A stretch of DNA of 63,982 bases, the filler included, from Reticulomyxa filosa (taxonomy: Eukaryota > Protista > Foraminifera): assembly GCA_000512085.1 (NCBI GenBank). It is 5 parts of 5 records of this genome, joined end to end, with 100 filler letters (N's around TTAATTAATTAA, not from the genome) between each part and the next. Parts side by side here need not be neighbours in the genome. Positions count along the whole stretch, not along the records: positions 1 to 26,905 come from ASPP01006237.1; positions 27,006 to 56,042 come from ASPP01001515.1; 3 more parts are not named here. One strand, written 5' to 3'. The notes under the pieces were generated by a model, which was not told the DNA's origin, did no database searches, and was given only the letters and a program-made list of their open reading frames with translations. Shown here in pieces: positions 23,922 to 35,691 of the stretch (the first letter of the stretch is position 1; each line of letters opens with the position of its first letter). A program made the position numbers and the translations under genes.

Positions 23922-24501
23922 TTCCTTTTGTAAATTTCCTTGTTTACTTGCATTTCCTGTACTTTCTTCGTTTGTCTGTTGTTTCTATTTGTGTGCGATC
24001 CATAAAAAAAAGCAGAATGAATACTATTATGAAGCAAATAAAACCGACCTGCTTTACATTCTCCAAATTATTGCCTTTGGTTTCTACTTCTAATTTATTC
24101 TTTTTTTTTTAGTATGTAAAAGAGAAAATTGAACTGAGAAAACGATATAGGAACATAAGTTGTTACTATTTTACCTCTTTTTCAACAGCTTGTTGGACAA
24201 TATCGTTAATTACCAACTCGATATTCCCATTGTGATATCTCATTTTTTGTTGTAACTCTTCTTGGTCAATTGAATTTTCAAATAATCGGGTTAATATTTT
24301 CATTTTTCTCTCATGCAATTGCTTTTCTTCACTTGTAATATTATTATCTTGCATTCCTCCAAGACATTGTGCATTGTAGCGAGTATTACTCCTGTCAATA
24401 CAAATGTATTCATCATTGTTATTGACATTAAAATAGTGGTTTAGAAAACAAGCATTCAATTCTCTGGTATTCATATCGACGACTTTTCTGTGATATTCCA
24501 T
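23922..24501 (-). CDS. Probable 5' exons of the NLR-like gene (CLGG motif + CUE/UBA-like helical domain)
   Basis: Exon 24501-~24175 ends at GAG|GTAAAA, then a short exon (~24099-24049) and an acceptor at ~23985. It joins the long ORF if one extra A is assumed in an A-run at ~23935. KILTRLFENSIDQEELQQKMRYHNGNIELVINDIV resembles CUE. Confidence 0.55.
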
Positions 24502-25160
24502 GGATTAGTCAATGATAATATGCAGTTCTTTTTTTTTCCCATGCGAAAAACAACCACAGGGCAATTTGTTTTCAAAAAATAATCATAAATTTTTTTAACA
24601 AAATTTTACGTGCACACATACTCTCAAGGGCTTTTGTCTTTAGTACAAATACTCCTAGTTTCGGTTGGGTTAAGGTACGAATTCTAGCTCTAGGCAAGTA
24701 TTTTTTAACGTTTACGTCCCAGAGAATAGCAAAAAAAGATCGTCAAGACTGATGCACAAAGAATGCACAAATATTTCTTTACGAATTAATCAAAAAGAGA
24801 AATATCCAAGAAAATGGTGAAATTTGATTGCAAAATGTGTTTTAAAAAAGTTCGTAAAAACTATACTTAAAGGATTTTTTTAGAAACTGGTCCAGTTTTA
24901 AAGAAACGCACCACTTGACACGGTAATATGTGTTATGTGACACTATAAACAATGGATTCGTTAAGAAAAATAATTGAGACAAATGCAGCCGAACACAAGG
25001 CTATTGACAGTTAGATTTTTTTGTTTGCCTCTTCAGTGTTCATTGAAAAAACAAAATAGCCATATTTTTGAACTGTCTAATATTTTTTAGAATCTCTTTA
25101 AAATTATGGCATTTTAATTTATTGACACTTAAACAATTCATAGTACCACACGCCTACATT

Positions 25161-26905
25161 TCAAGTTTCCCTTTTTTCTGTCCTCCCTCGATCATTCTCA
25201 TCTTCTAATGGTATTAGCGAGGTATCCTCCTCCTCTCTTGTCAAATCTGAATCAATGGATGAAATTGATGTAATCTTTCTTTTGCTCATTGTATCTTGGC
25301 CCGACGAAGACAGGGTCGTGCAAAGATTTTTTAGTTCTGTGTCAGTTTTCTGTAACAGAAAACGAAACAAGAGCCTTTCGTTACAACTGTGATTAGAGAG
25401 AAATAACTTGAATTTGTTGTAGCTGGAGTTGTTCTTTTTTGTGGTTGAGCTGTGACTGAAGTTGATGAAATGATTCTAGCTCGTGTTGAACTAGCCCAAA
25501 GTCAGCCGAAGTCACAGTGAAATTGTTTATTTGCATAAATTCAAACAATTGTTGCCATGTTTTCCCTTTTTGAAAGTTAAGAAACTTCTCAATACAATAG
25601 CAATCGTATGCAATCTCTTCTGAATCAGGGCTCAGCTTGAAGTTACGTCCATTTTCAAGAATTTTGCAGAATAAGCAGTAAACAAATTTCTGTAAAATAA
25701 AGGCAAAAGAAATTTGGTAAATTATTTGCTCAGTTATTTCAATTTTTTCAAAAGATATAAAATAAAATTTGCAACTTTTATCTCCGTCTTGCTACTGTTG
25801 TCAAACTGTGAGTCTTCAATTACTATCAATGAGTCTGTATTTTAATTGTTTTATTATTTACTTTTTTGGTTTATTTTGTTGTTTTCTTTTGTTAGTATTT
25901 CATTCTTTTTAGGGTATGATTTTGGTTGCAGATCTAACGAATAATATGTTTGGACACGCAAAAGTATTGTTTAAAAAATGACCAAATATGAAACATACCA
26001 CAACGTTTCCAAACATAACATAATATTTTTATAGCTGACATGGAAGTAATTTCTTCCCGAATCTATTGAAAAGTTGACATATTACTGCTTTAGCGTTCAT
26101 TTAATTACTAAACAACAGTCTTTGAACAAGGGCCAAAAGGGAAGGACAGTAAAAAGAAAACACTATGTTTGTGTCGTCGTAGAAAGGCACTTACTCGGTC
26201 ATATTTTGATATCAAGCGTAATAAAGCTGCCAAGATGGTGCAAGCTAAGGATAAAGGTGAATTTTGTAGCAACCATCCGAAACGGGCGGTACCTACAACC
26301 AGTACACAAATTGAAAAGTGAAATTGTAAATCATGCTAACAATATTACTTACCGTTGAAATCTGAAAAAATTTGTCCAAGCGTCTCGTCTTGTTCTTCGT
26401 TGGATAATAATAAATTGGTGAGAACATAAACACAGGACTTTGCAAAATTTAAGTTAGGTGAGTTCATCGGCAAAGGTTGAACCCATGAGATCAAACATTT
26501 TACTGCAACTGAACGAAAATTTTGTGAAAAATGAAATTTGTTCAAAACTGATAACAAAATGATCAAATTTGCTTTTGCTTGCACGGTGGATTTCCAACGT
26601 TCGACTATTTCTATGTAGATTTACAAAAAATAAATTGACTTTTCTTCAGTTAACAACCTAAACATATCAAAAATTGTTTTAAAAGGGACGCACCTAAAAT
26701 TTTTTGACTGAGAGTTTCAACGAAATTTTCGTCAAAGTATTCCATCATTTTGGTTGCAAAGCAGCTCTTTTCTTGCAATTTTGAAAAGCAGAATGTCAAA
26801 TCATTCAGCATGTCCCTTTATTTGTGGTTGTTGTTGTTTTTACAACTTTTTTTGCGTCAAATTACTCGAAAGCAACACAAAGTAAACTCAGTTGTTTGAT
26901 CGAGT
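25161..26905 (-). pseudogene. Fragmented hypothetical gene, truncated by contig end
   Basis: Short same-strand coding-like pieces (26345-26584, 25161-25370) with intron-like spacers. The intervening frames have stops and there is no recognisable domain. Confidence 0.3.
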
Positions 26906-27005
26906 NNNNNNNNNNNNNNNNNNNNNNNNNNNNNNNNNNNNNNNNNNNNTTAATTAATTAANNNNNNNNNNNNNNNNNNNNNNNNNNNNNNNNNNNNNNN
27001 NNNNN
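26906..27005. other. Artificial contig spacer (N run + TTAATTAATTAA + N run)
   Basis: Identical 100-nt spacer occurs four times; the linker puts stops in all six frames. Confidence 0.97.
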
Positions 27006-27039
27006 AAGGTGGCATTTTAGGTTTCAACTTTCTTTTTTA

Positions 27040-28110
27040 TCTTACTGTATATGCTCATTCTGGAATGGTGCTTCTGAATCACATAAGAAGAAATTGTAAA
27101 AAATTCAAAGAATAGCTATGTGCAGAATATTTGTAGTAATGCAAAATACCGCTTATGATAAAGTCAAAATTATTTCACAAATGCATTCTTTAGAATTGAG
27201 AAGACAGATAGAAGATTTAAAGTTATTTTAACGATTTGAACTATACCAACAAAAATTTCAAAATCACAATATCATTCAACCAATTATGTAAAAGAGATCA
27301 TAATTTCCAACAAGTAGAATATTTTTTCTAGTCAGAAAAACTTTCGACAATATCAAGTGTTTTCATTAATATTTTATTGGCCAAATTGCATTGTATTGAC
27401 ATGATTCATAAGTTGAAACAATTAAATAGTATCAATACAAACTACTTGTCCAATATTCAATATTCAATCAAATCAACGTTTCAAAAATGAATTGAACCAA
27501 CATCAAGTCAAATACTGTCATCATTAGACAACAATTGTATTGTAATATTTACAGATGCAAGTAAATCCTGGAATTGGCGGTATTTGATTGGTAGTTCAAG
27601 GCCAATCAATATCTGAATTGATTAAATTGGAAATTCGCACGAAGGAATTACTACAAGTATTGAATCCAAAATTAAAGCAATAAAAATTTCAGTAATTATG
27701 TCACGATTGATGCTGAAAGTGTGACTGAAATTTATTAGATCAAATGACATTTATGTATTTTAGAAAATGAAAAAACAGATCAAGTTGCAAAGCGTACACG
27801 AGAAAGTGCTCAAAAAGCACATACTGAATTATTTCAAAGACATGATAAAATTACATCTTTCTTAAATGCACATGGATTGGATCAATATTTCACATTATGG
27901 TAAAATATACATTTGATCAATGGAGTGAATGAAAGACATCATCACAATCATCCCAAGAAATACATATGTAATCTCATTGAAGGGTAATCATTTGAAAAAA
28001 TGTCCTTCATAGTTTAGATGTACATGAACGAATCATATGCAGAATTATTACGTGTAAATTAGTGTTAAATTATTACATCCACAAAATCAGCCTTGCACGT
28101 TCTCCAGAGT
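27040..28110 (+). mobile_element. Degenerate non-LTR retrotransposon (LINE) 3' part: post-RT region + RNase H
   Basis: Interrupted translation SFWNGASESHKKKL*KIQRIAMCRIF..NTAY..LELRR (post-RT LINE motif), IFTDAS..PGIGG (RNase H first Asp), ENEKTDQVAKR (GNExADxxAK), ICRIITCKLVLN. Many stops and frameshifts. Confidence 0.75.
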
Positions 28111-29359
28111 GTAATTGATGCAAAAACGAACCCGAAACTATGGCAAAATTTATTGTTGCTACAAGAATGAAAGTTTGGTTAAAAGCATGAACGTACTTCT
28201 GAACAACGTGACAATGAGAAATATCATTGAAGACGGACAAGATGAGGCAACATTATTAGTGAAAATCCGCACAAAAACAACGCAAGTCGACAAAAAGTCA
28301 GTGACGAAGTTATTGTTACCAGGGACACGTCAGAGTTCAGTGGAACGTGGACGACAATCAGCCAGGGCCTGCCCTGCAAATGTGAAATGCCGTTATCATG
28401 CAAGAAAAAACTTGTGAAATCAAAAATTTTTTTGAAAAGCCTGTCTAAAACTTTTTTTTGTTGTGAAACCATTTCGTTTTGTCTTTTTCGTTTTTTGAGT
28501 GCCATATCCTATCTAGGGTCAGGTACACAGCAGTGAGAGGGTCAGTTTGTAATGGTAGCTGACTAACACAGTGAGTTAGTAAGCTACACGTTGCACACCA
28601 CACATGCAGGCAATTTTGAAAAAAAAATACATTATGTCGTTATCACAGATAAAAAAGGTATTATATTTGATTATTTACTGTTCGGTGAATTTGTGCAGCC
28701 TTGAATATTGATATTGTTCATCCGCTGTACTAATGCCAAAAGTACATAATGTTCGAACGACTTATTAACTATCAAGAGACCTTGTAATGCGCTCGTTGCA
28801 CTACAGATGTGAACACTAGCTAGTTTCAGGCTTTGAATAATGACCATTGAAATAAGTTTTGATATCATTCCCTATTCCACTTTACAATAAGGTAATTATG
28901 ATATGACAAAAAGGTTCGTGCCAGAAAACTTTCTCTACTTTAACAAGAATAATCGGCTTGCAAAATTTTTCAAAAAATCGCGAGGCGGTGTGTCAATAAT
29001 GCGTTCCCAATTAAAAAAAATTTAGATACGTTTTATCAGTTTTAGTACTTCTAAAGAAAAGCGATTACTCATTTTTTTTTTATACAAAGATGAATCAAAC
29101 AAATTACCGATCAAGTATTCCTCCAATTCAACAAAGCGATATTTGAATGAAAACAAAGTAAATATTCAGAGTAAGACAAAATTATTCCGTATACGTGAGT
29201 ACCAAACGACCATATCATTTTTCTTTTCTCTCCTCTGACCAAGAGGAAAGGAGAAGGGAAATATGAACAAAAAAAAAAAGAAGATTCATTAGTAATTACA
29301 AACAAACCGTTTCAACGAGACATTACAAAGAAAAAAAATAAAAACAAATAAAGAAAAAT

Positions 29360-30383
29360 TTAAGATACACACCGACAAAGCGAATTATACCAGCGTTGTG
29401 AAAAACGAAAAGTCAACAAAATAGCAGAGCAATTCACGCTATGATCAATAGCGAGTACGGCAAGAAAAAAGCGGTGAATGGTAGAGACTGCCATAACTAC
29501 ATAAAGACTAAACGTTGTTAACGAGCAAAATACAAATAACACAAACAATTTCTTAACCAAGCGACCCACTACTGCTTCCATTTCCTTGTGCAAATAATCC
29601 GATTTTAGCTATTGTATATACGTTTTTTTTTTTGAGGGAAAAAAATACTTTCAAAGTGAAACAAATGACCAAAAAAAGAGGATTTACAAATGAGGGGGGG
29701 AGAGAACAGTTAAAAAAAAATAACTTTAAAAAAAAATAAGCAGAAATAAAAAATGTTACAAAAAAAATCTCCAAGAATGCTCAGGTAAAATAACAATAGC
29801 CCCAGTGTATTTTTTTTGTGCTTGCAATTGTTTTGTGACCCATAAAGAAAATAGCTATAATAAATAATGCCCATGAACATAGGAAGTACGTAAGTGATTA
29901 CTTTAACCGGTTTGGACAGCTCTTGTATGGTATTGTTAAACACCAGATTCAAACGTGTTCCATAAACAATGTACAGTAATACACGTGTCGTAGAGGCAAT
30001 CAGAAGAGCGACCCAACCATGCAAACATTCTTCATTAGTGCCCACAGTCACGTAAAGATTCTCTTCTAGCCATGCACAGAAGCAATAAGCCGATGCACAA
30101 GCCATCATTAGCGTTACAAGTAACTTCAGATTTGTGTCGATAGTCGCTTGTGTTTCTATTTTACCACTGTCACTTATCTGATTGTGGTCTATTTCGACTT
30201 CCTCATTACCCTTTCATCCCCTGAGACCACTCGCTCCACTTGTGTTGCTGTTGGGCGCCAAAAATGGCACCAGCTCACGTAGAATAACCAACCACAATAA
30301 ATTGAGGCCGACAGTAGTAGTACTTGTGATATTACAAACTCTACGACATTCTTGAAGCCTTGGTTCTCTGGTCTTAGAGGCAT
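29360..30383 (-). CDS. 7TM GPCR-like (serpentine) membrane protein
   Basis: Hydrophobic helices across ORFs 30189-30440, 29710-30108 and 29360-29593, ending LAIDHSVNCSAILLTFRFSQRWYNSLC. One intron and a homopolymer frameshift near 30211. Confidence 0.65.
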
Positions 30384-30871
30384 TTCTCTACTAATTTGAG
30401 ACTGCGTTTTTGTACGTACAGGTCTGCTCAAACACGTCAAACTGTTTCAACGGATAATTGTAATTTGTTTGGACATTTTGAGTAATGTTTTCAATCCATA
30501 AGCATATTGTTATTTCATTTGCATCGTATAACATTCAAATTCTACTTGATTTATTTTAGTATTTTTAATTTTTTTTTCTTCAATTCCTGTTTTGTATTTT
30601 TTTGTCAGAAAGTTGTCGTGTCAAAGTAATCGACACCAGTCCCTTTTCTTAAAATGACTCCTTTTGAAACGATTAAATACTTTGAAAAATTATTTATGTG
30701 TAATCGCAATCTCCAACGGTGATTTTCTGAAAAAATACTGAAAAAAACGTTTACCCAAAACTCAAACTTGTCATACAAGCACAAAACATTATTCGACAGA
30801 ATGACTTCAAATAAGTAACAATTTCCACGAACAGACAGAAAAATCAATATTAATTTGTTGCGTAGTAAGTC

Positions 30872-30960
30872 CATATTATAAATCGCAAAGTTCTAAATGA
30901 ACTTTGGAGCTCCCAGTGGACTGAACTTTTTTCACAAACACAACTCACTTTCTATCGTGT
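30872..30960 (+). repeat. Dispersed repeat copy (diverged), related to 55640-55730
   Basis: Shares TATTATAAATC..CCCAGTGG..AACACAACTCACTTT in the same order and spacing with 55641-55719. Confidence 0.6.
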
Positions 30961-31129
30961 TTTACTCTTTTATTTGTATTGTTGTAGAAATGCTGGAGCG
31001 GGAAAGTAAGTTTTTAAGAAAAGTGAAAATGATTTTTGTTGAATTAAATTAAAAAGAAATTTGAAATATTGTAGTCATCATGACTCCATTGTGCATAAGT
31101 AGTATCACTACATTGTTGTCATTATTATT

Positions 31130-31720
31130 GCTAATTTGCTTCCTTTTTATAGTGAAAATTACCATCTGGTATAATACTTTTATTCTCTCTAGTATTGATT
31201 TTATTAAGTTTGTGCATGTTTCTTTGTCAATTTTTTCACATTCTAATTCAAATTGTTTCCAAAGTTCTTTTGATCTGAATAGTCCATTTTTGTATATTTT
31301 TGTTTTCAATGTCTATAACATATTTTCGATTGTGTCCAGATCTGGAGAATTTATGTATAAATTCTTTTATAGCATTTTGTTAAAACCATTCTTTTACTGT
31401 AATTGCGCGTTTTGAGCTAGTTGAAACATCTCAATTAAAATTTTATTCAATTGAAATTTACTAAATATTTTATGTTTGCCAAAAGCATATCCTTTAAACT
31501 GCTTGTCTTCAATAGTTTCTGCAACATTTTGAACAAGCCAATTCTTTTTAAAAGTTTTAATTTGTTTTGTTCGATACAATATCATTTTTCTTCTAAATCG
31601 CGATAATTGTCTTAGTAATATTATTCTATTTTTTGATGATTACAAGTTTTATTTAATACTGCCTTGTTAAACACAGCACCAACCAATAATTACTTTACTT
31701 CTAGTTTTTTTGGATTGTGC
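31130..31720 (-). mobile_element. Degenerate Tc1/mariner (DDE) transposase remnant
   Basis: Minus strand NSPDLDTIENML*TLKTKIY..ELWKQFELECEKIDKETCTNLIKSILERIKVL matches the SPDLNPIENxW..NLxxSMPxR C-terminus of Tc1 transposases. Upstream KVIIGWCCV*QG resembles VMVWGC. In-frame stops present. Confidence 0.75.
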
Positions 31721-31906
31721 GGTATGATTAAGCAAATATAAGTATCTTTACCGAAGATGAGAAATTCAAACGAAATTAAGTCTGAATATACACTTTGACT
31801 GGAAATTGTACATTGTCCAATAACATAATAGTTTTAAAAAAAGTAATACAAAAAACAATACAAAAAAAAAATGCGCTAGGCAATAATAAATGTTGAGAAA
31901 AAAGAA

Positions 31907-33514
31907 CTATGTATTAGTATTATCTTTTGCACGAGGAACATCAACAAAGTTGACAAGAGGAGGAGGTTTACCAACAAACTTCAATTGACTTCCATTGTCC
32001 TTTTCTTTGGACGTGCCGTCAGACTCCCTCGTATGAAAGGTCATATTTTCAACATCCGGTTTGTGCGGACCAAGTTCTAGACTACTTGAACTGGACTCCT
32101 CTTCATCACCCGTGGTAGACGCAGTTGTGCGTTGTTCTTGTTTAGGCTTTTTTTGTTTTTTGGTGGCAGAAGTTTTTGCTTGCTCTTCGGCATTGAACAG
32201 GCCTTTCAACAGTTCCTGGTTTTCTTTTTTGTTGCAAATTATGGACCGACTTGACGGCACCAACAGGGACGTTCAATTGCACCGCATTATCATCCCTTTT
32301 CGCAACTGTGTATCTCTGCGAAGCAGGTTTTACTTTGGACTCCAGCATATGATCTTGAGAGTCGCCATCCACATTCAAATGTGCCGAGTAGTCTTTGGCT
32401 TGGTACGACAGATAATTCTTTCTCCAATATATCAGCCAAAAGAAATTGAAACAAGTCGAAAGCGACATTAACAGACTACTTATCAAAAGTGAACTTTCAT
32501 TCGCTTTGATAATCTGGCAATCTAAAAGAAACTGGTAATCCATCAAAAAAAACAAAACAAAAAAAAACAAACAAATAAATAAAACAAATTTGAAGCTTAA
32601 TCCACATAAACATATTATACATTATATATGCATATATGTGTATATGTGTACATATGTTTATGCACATATGCATATGTGTAATATGTTTTGTGTTTGTTAT
32701 AAATGTTTAAGAAACAATCCGACTGAACAGTGTACAATGCAGGAAACAAAAAGGTCACAAAGGCTACACTTATGATGAATTGCATAAACTTTAAAAAAAT
32801 GTTTTGATTTTTTTGTATCGCAGCGTACGCGAACGTCAGGAGCGCGGTCAGTGCGGTCGTCCATAACAACACATCAGACAATATATATACCGCTATGTCA
32901 GTCGTTCGATCTCCGTGGATGAACCCAATTGTCGTGAACTGACTCGGTTTGAATGCAAATCCTGTCACGCCTTGGATCACCGTGATCCCAATTGACCCGT
33001 ACATTATCAATGACTTCGTCCACTTTGGCGATATGATAAACAAGTTGTGTGCGTACAAATAACGAAAAGCACACACGCAAAGCACCAAATAACTCAGTAA
33101 TGTACTGTTTTGACAGAGATATTTCAATACATTGAATACGGAACATGATATATCTGTTGTTGTTTTTTTTTTTTCATGGTTCAATTTTTTTTCAAACTAG
33201 CGAAAAAGGGCTTCGACTGTTTTTTGTTTGTTTTTGACACCTTCTGAACAATTGTTCCAGTATCCAAAGGTCAAACGAGAGTAATCGAACGTGAAAACCA
33301 TGTTACGTGACATTTCCGCAATACTTAATATACAAGATAACTCAGTTAATGCGTAGTTCGGGTTGTTGTGCAACGAGGCACTTGTTTCCCATGTCTTTCC
33401 TTTTATCTGCCGTCTTCTCAAAAAAAAAGAGAGAATTGGAATGGAAGACAAGAGGCTTAGAATGAGAATTACAAAAAGCACAGTGCCTTCCGCTTTGGAC
33501 AATTGAGCAGTCAT
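31907..33514 (-). CDS. 7TM GPCR-like protein (cAMP-receptor/GCR1-like layout) with charged C-terminal tail
   Basis: TM1 VLFVILILSLLSSIPILSFF, TM2 LSCILSIAEM, Cys before TM3 ISCSVFNVL, further helices to SLLMSLSTCFNFFWLIYW. Two introns; frame change in the tail near 32270. Confidence 0.65.
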
Positions 33515-33714
33515 ATTACCCGAAATGGGAAAAAAAAACTATATTCTTGCCCTAATATTTTTTTACAACTTTGGTGCTTGATTGAAGCCAAGGATTGTTT
33601 CTTTTTTAACTTGAGTACTAAGAAATAGTGCGTATCTCGAAAATACAGAAGTGAAAACACAAAAACTTTGGAAAGATCAAAATATAATATCATTTTAAAA
33701 TTCAAGATCTAGCC

Positions 33715-34651
33715 CTAGGAAGAAGAGCACTTTTCTTCACATGAAGTTGGTGCATTTGTTGGTATATTTTTGATCATTTCAGCTTTGTCAGCAAGACGTT
33801 GGCTTTTGTAAAAACGAAATCGAACACGGTCAATGAGCGACTCATACAACAATGACCAGCCCCAGCAAACCGAGATGTCCTGAATTGAGAGATGGTAACA
33901 GTTATGCACCCCCCATTGCAAAAAAAAAAATATTTCTCAAGAATGAATAGAATTGAGCAGAACGAATGAAGAAAATAAATTGAACTGGTTTTTTGTGTGG
34001 AGTAACAATCAATAAATATGATGAAATTAAATGTAAATTCCAACACAGACTTTGCAACAAGGATTTCTCAGAGCACAAATGTAAGGCATAGCTGCACAAA
34101 ATCATATCATAATGTTTTTCCGTCAAACAACCCCCAACAATATCAACAAAAGTATATTTTAAGACATTCGATTGCACGATAGTTTGTAGTACTGATTTCG
34201 AGTTGTCTGACTCATTTGCTTGTTTTCCAAAGATTCGATTCGTATAAGCGTCATACGTGTAAGGATCGTTGCCTGTTATTTCAATGCCTTTGTACCATTC
34301 CTTATACTTGTTGCTTTTCATCAGGTACTGGCATAATCCCAAGGTCATTTCACCTGAGCCACAACAAAGATCTAAGTACTTTTGAAGCTTTTGTGAAGTA
34401 TCACAAATGTCAATGCAGTACGGCTCGGCTTTCAATTGCTTAAAAAATTTATGCAGTCCTGCTATTAACTGGGGCTCGTGTGGGTTTTTGTATTCCGATC
34501 CAAATGTTATGTAATAATTTTCTACACCCAAGGCAGCATATTGATTTCTGATTGCCGATGCGTTTCGATGTGGCCCTTCTTCGTAGTTTTTCTTGTGCTT
34601 TTCATTCACAAAATTCCTCGACTTTGGTTTGCTTTTTTTTCCAGTATTCAT
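33715..34651 (-). CDS. Class I SAM-dependent methyltransferase-like protein
   Basis: Motif I YLDLCCGSGEMT, later YDMILCSYALHLC and LLIVTPHKKP; one intron to last exon IQDISVCWGWSL.. Confidence 0.8.
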
Positions 34652-35221
34652 TTCCGACAGTGCAATATAAAGTCTATTCTTGCAAAATACGTCCAGCACA
34701 AACTAAAATTCCTGTACCAAAAAAATTTTCAGCATTTTATATTCTGTACTTAAAGCTTTCCCCTTTTTCACTTTTTGCCCTTGACAATTGCTTTTAAGAA
34801 TCTGTACTTAGAAATAAAATATCCGTTTTTTATGAAAAGATAAGTATTAGCTTTTTTTAAGCAATTTACAAAAATCTTTACAGTTTTTCTCCGTTCGTTG
34901 AATAAAATTTGAAGCTGCAACATTTTTAAATATTTATTTTTTGCTAGGTCTTTTTTGTTCAGACGGAGAAGTGTCGAACCTGACTTTTCTTAGCAAAAAA
35001 AAGGGTTCGTTTTACAAAGTGTTCTTGTTTTAGTGTTTTTGTTTTGTTTTTGTTATCGTGCAGTTTTAATATTAAAATGGCTTTGGTTTACAATGAAAGC
35101 TTGTAACAATTGTAGTAATACTGTGGCTTTGATGCTAAAATTGTTCGTGGCCTGACAGTTTGAAACAGTTTAGTTTAGTTTTTTATATGCGACCTTCCGC
35201 CCAAGCGGCATAGGTTTGTTT

Positions 35222-35312
35222 AAGCGGAGATGATGAACATAAAAACCTCAATTCGCACAGATTCTGAAAATAATGATTGTTAGGTTTGACCTCACAGATA
35301 CTTGATCCGCTT
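35222..35312 (+). ncRNA. Candidate box C/D snoRNA
   Basis: 7-bp terminal stem AAGCGGA (35222-28) / TCCGCTT (35306-12); C box ATGATGA 35230-36; D' CTGA 35264-67; C'-like ATGATTG 35273-79; D box variant TTGA 35302-05. K-turn geometry is canonical; intergenic. Confidence 0.6.
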
Positions 35313-35691
35313 TTATTTTAAAAATTTTTTAAATTATTTGTACTTTTCAAACCTTTTTTTATTTGTTTGTGTACAGGAAGTCGACCACGTTTTTTGAAAT
35401 TGTCCACGCGATCTTTTTGTGTTGTTTGCAAGAATTAGTGTTTTTTACAAATTTTTTTGAATGTTAATTCAAAACGAGTTTGAAAGAAAGCCAAGTTTAA
35501 TTGAAAAAAAAGTAAATCATAATAATCCAAAAATCGATCTCACAAAATTGAGAACAGATCCTATGGACAATACCTCAAATTATTGTTTTGGCACAAAACA
35601 AAAAGCCAGTTTTTTATTTTTGAAAAAGTACAATAGTTTGAGTTACAAAAGTATACACAAACACTGCTCGATCTTCTTAATAAAAGTAAAT

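Noticed and set aside
26906-27005. Palindromic TTAATTAATTAA flanked by Ns, repeated four times
   Set aside because: Assembly linker with stops in six frames; not biological, and gene neighbourhoods across it are meaningless.
28115-28868. Short ORFs 28115-28417 (+) and 28671-28868 (-)
   Set aside because: No recognisable motifs or splice context; probably decayed sequence next to the LINE fossil.
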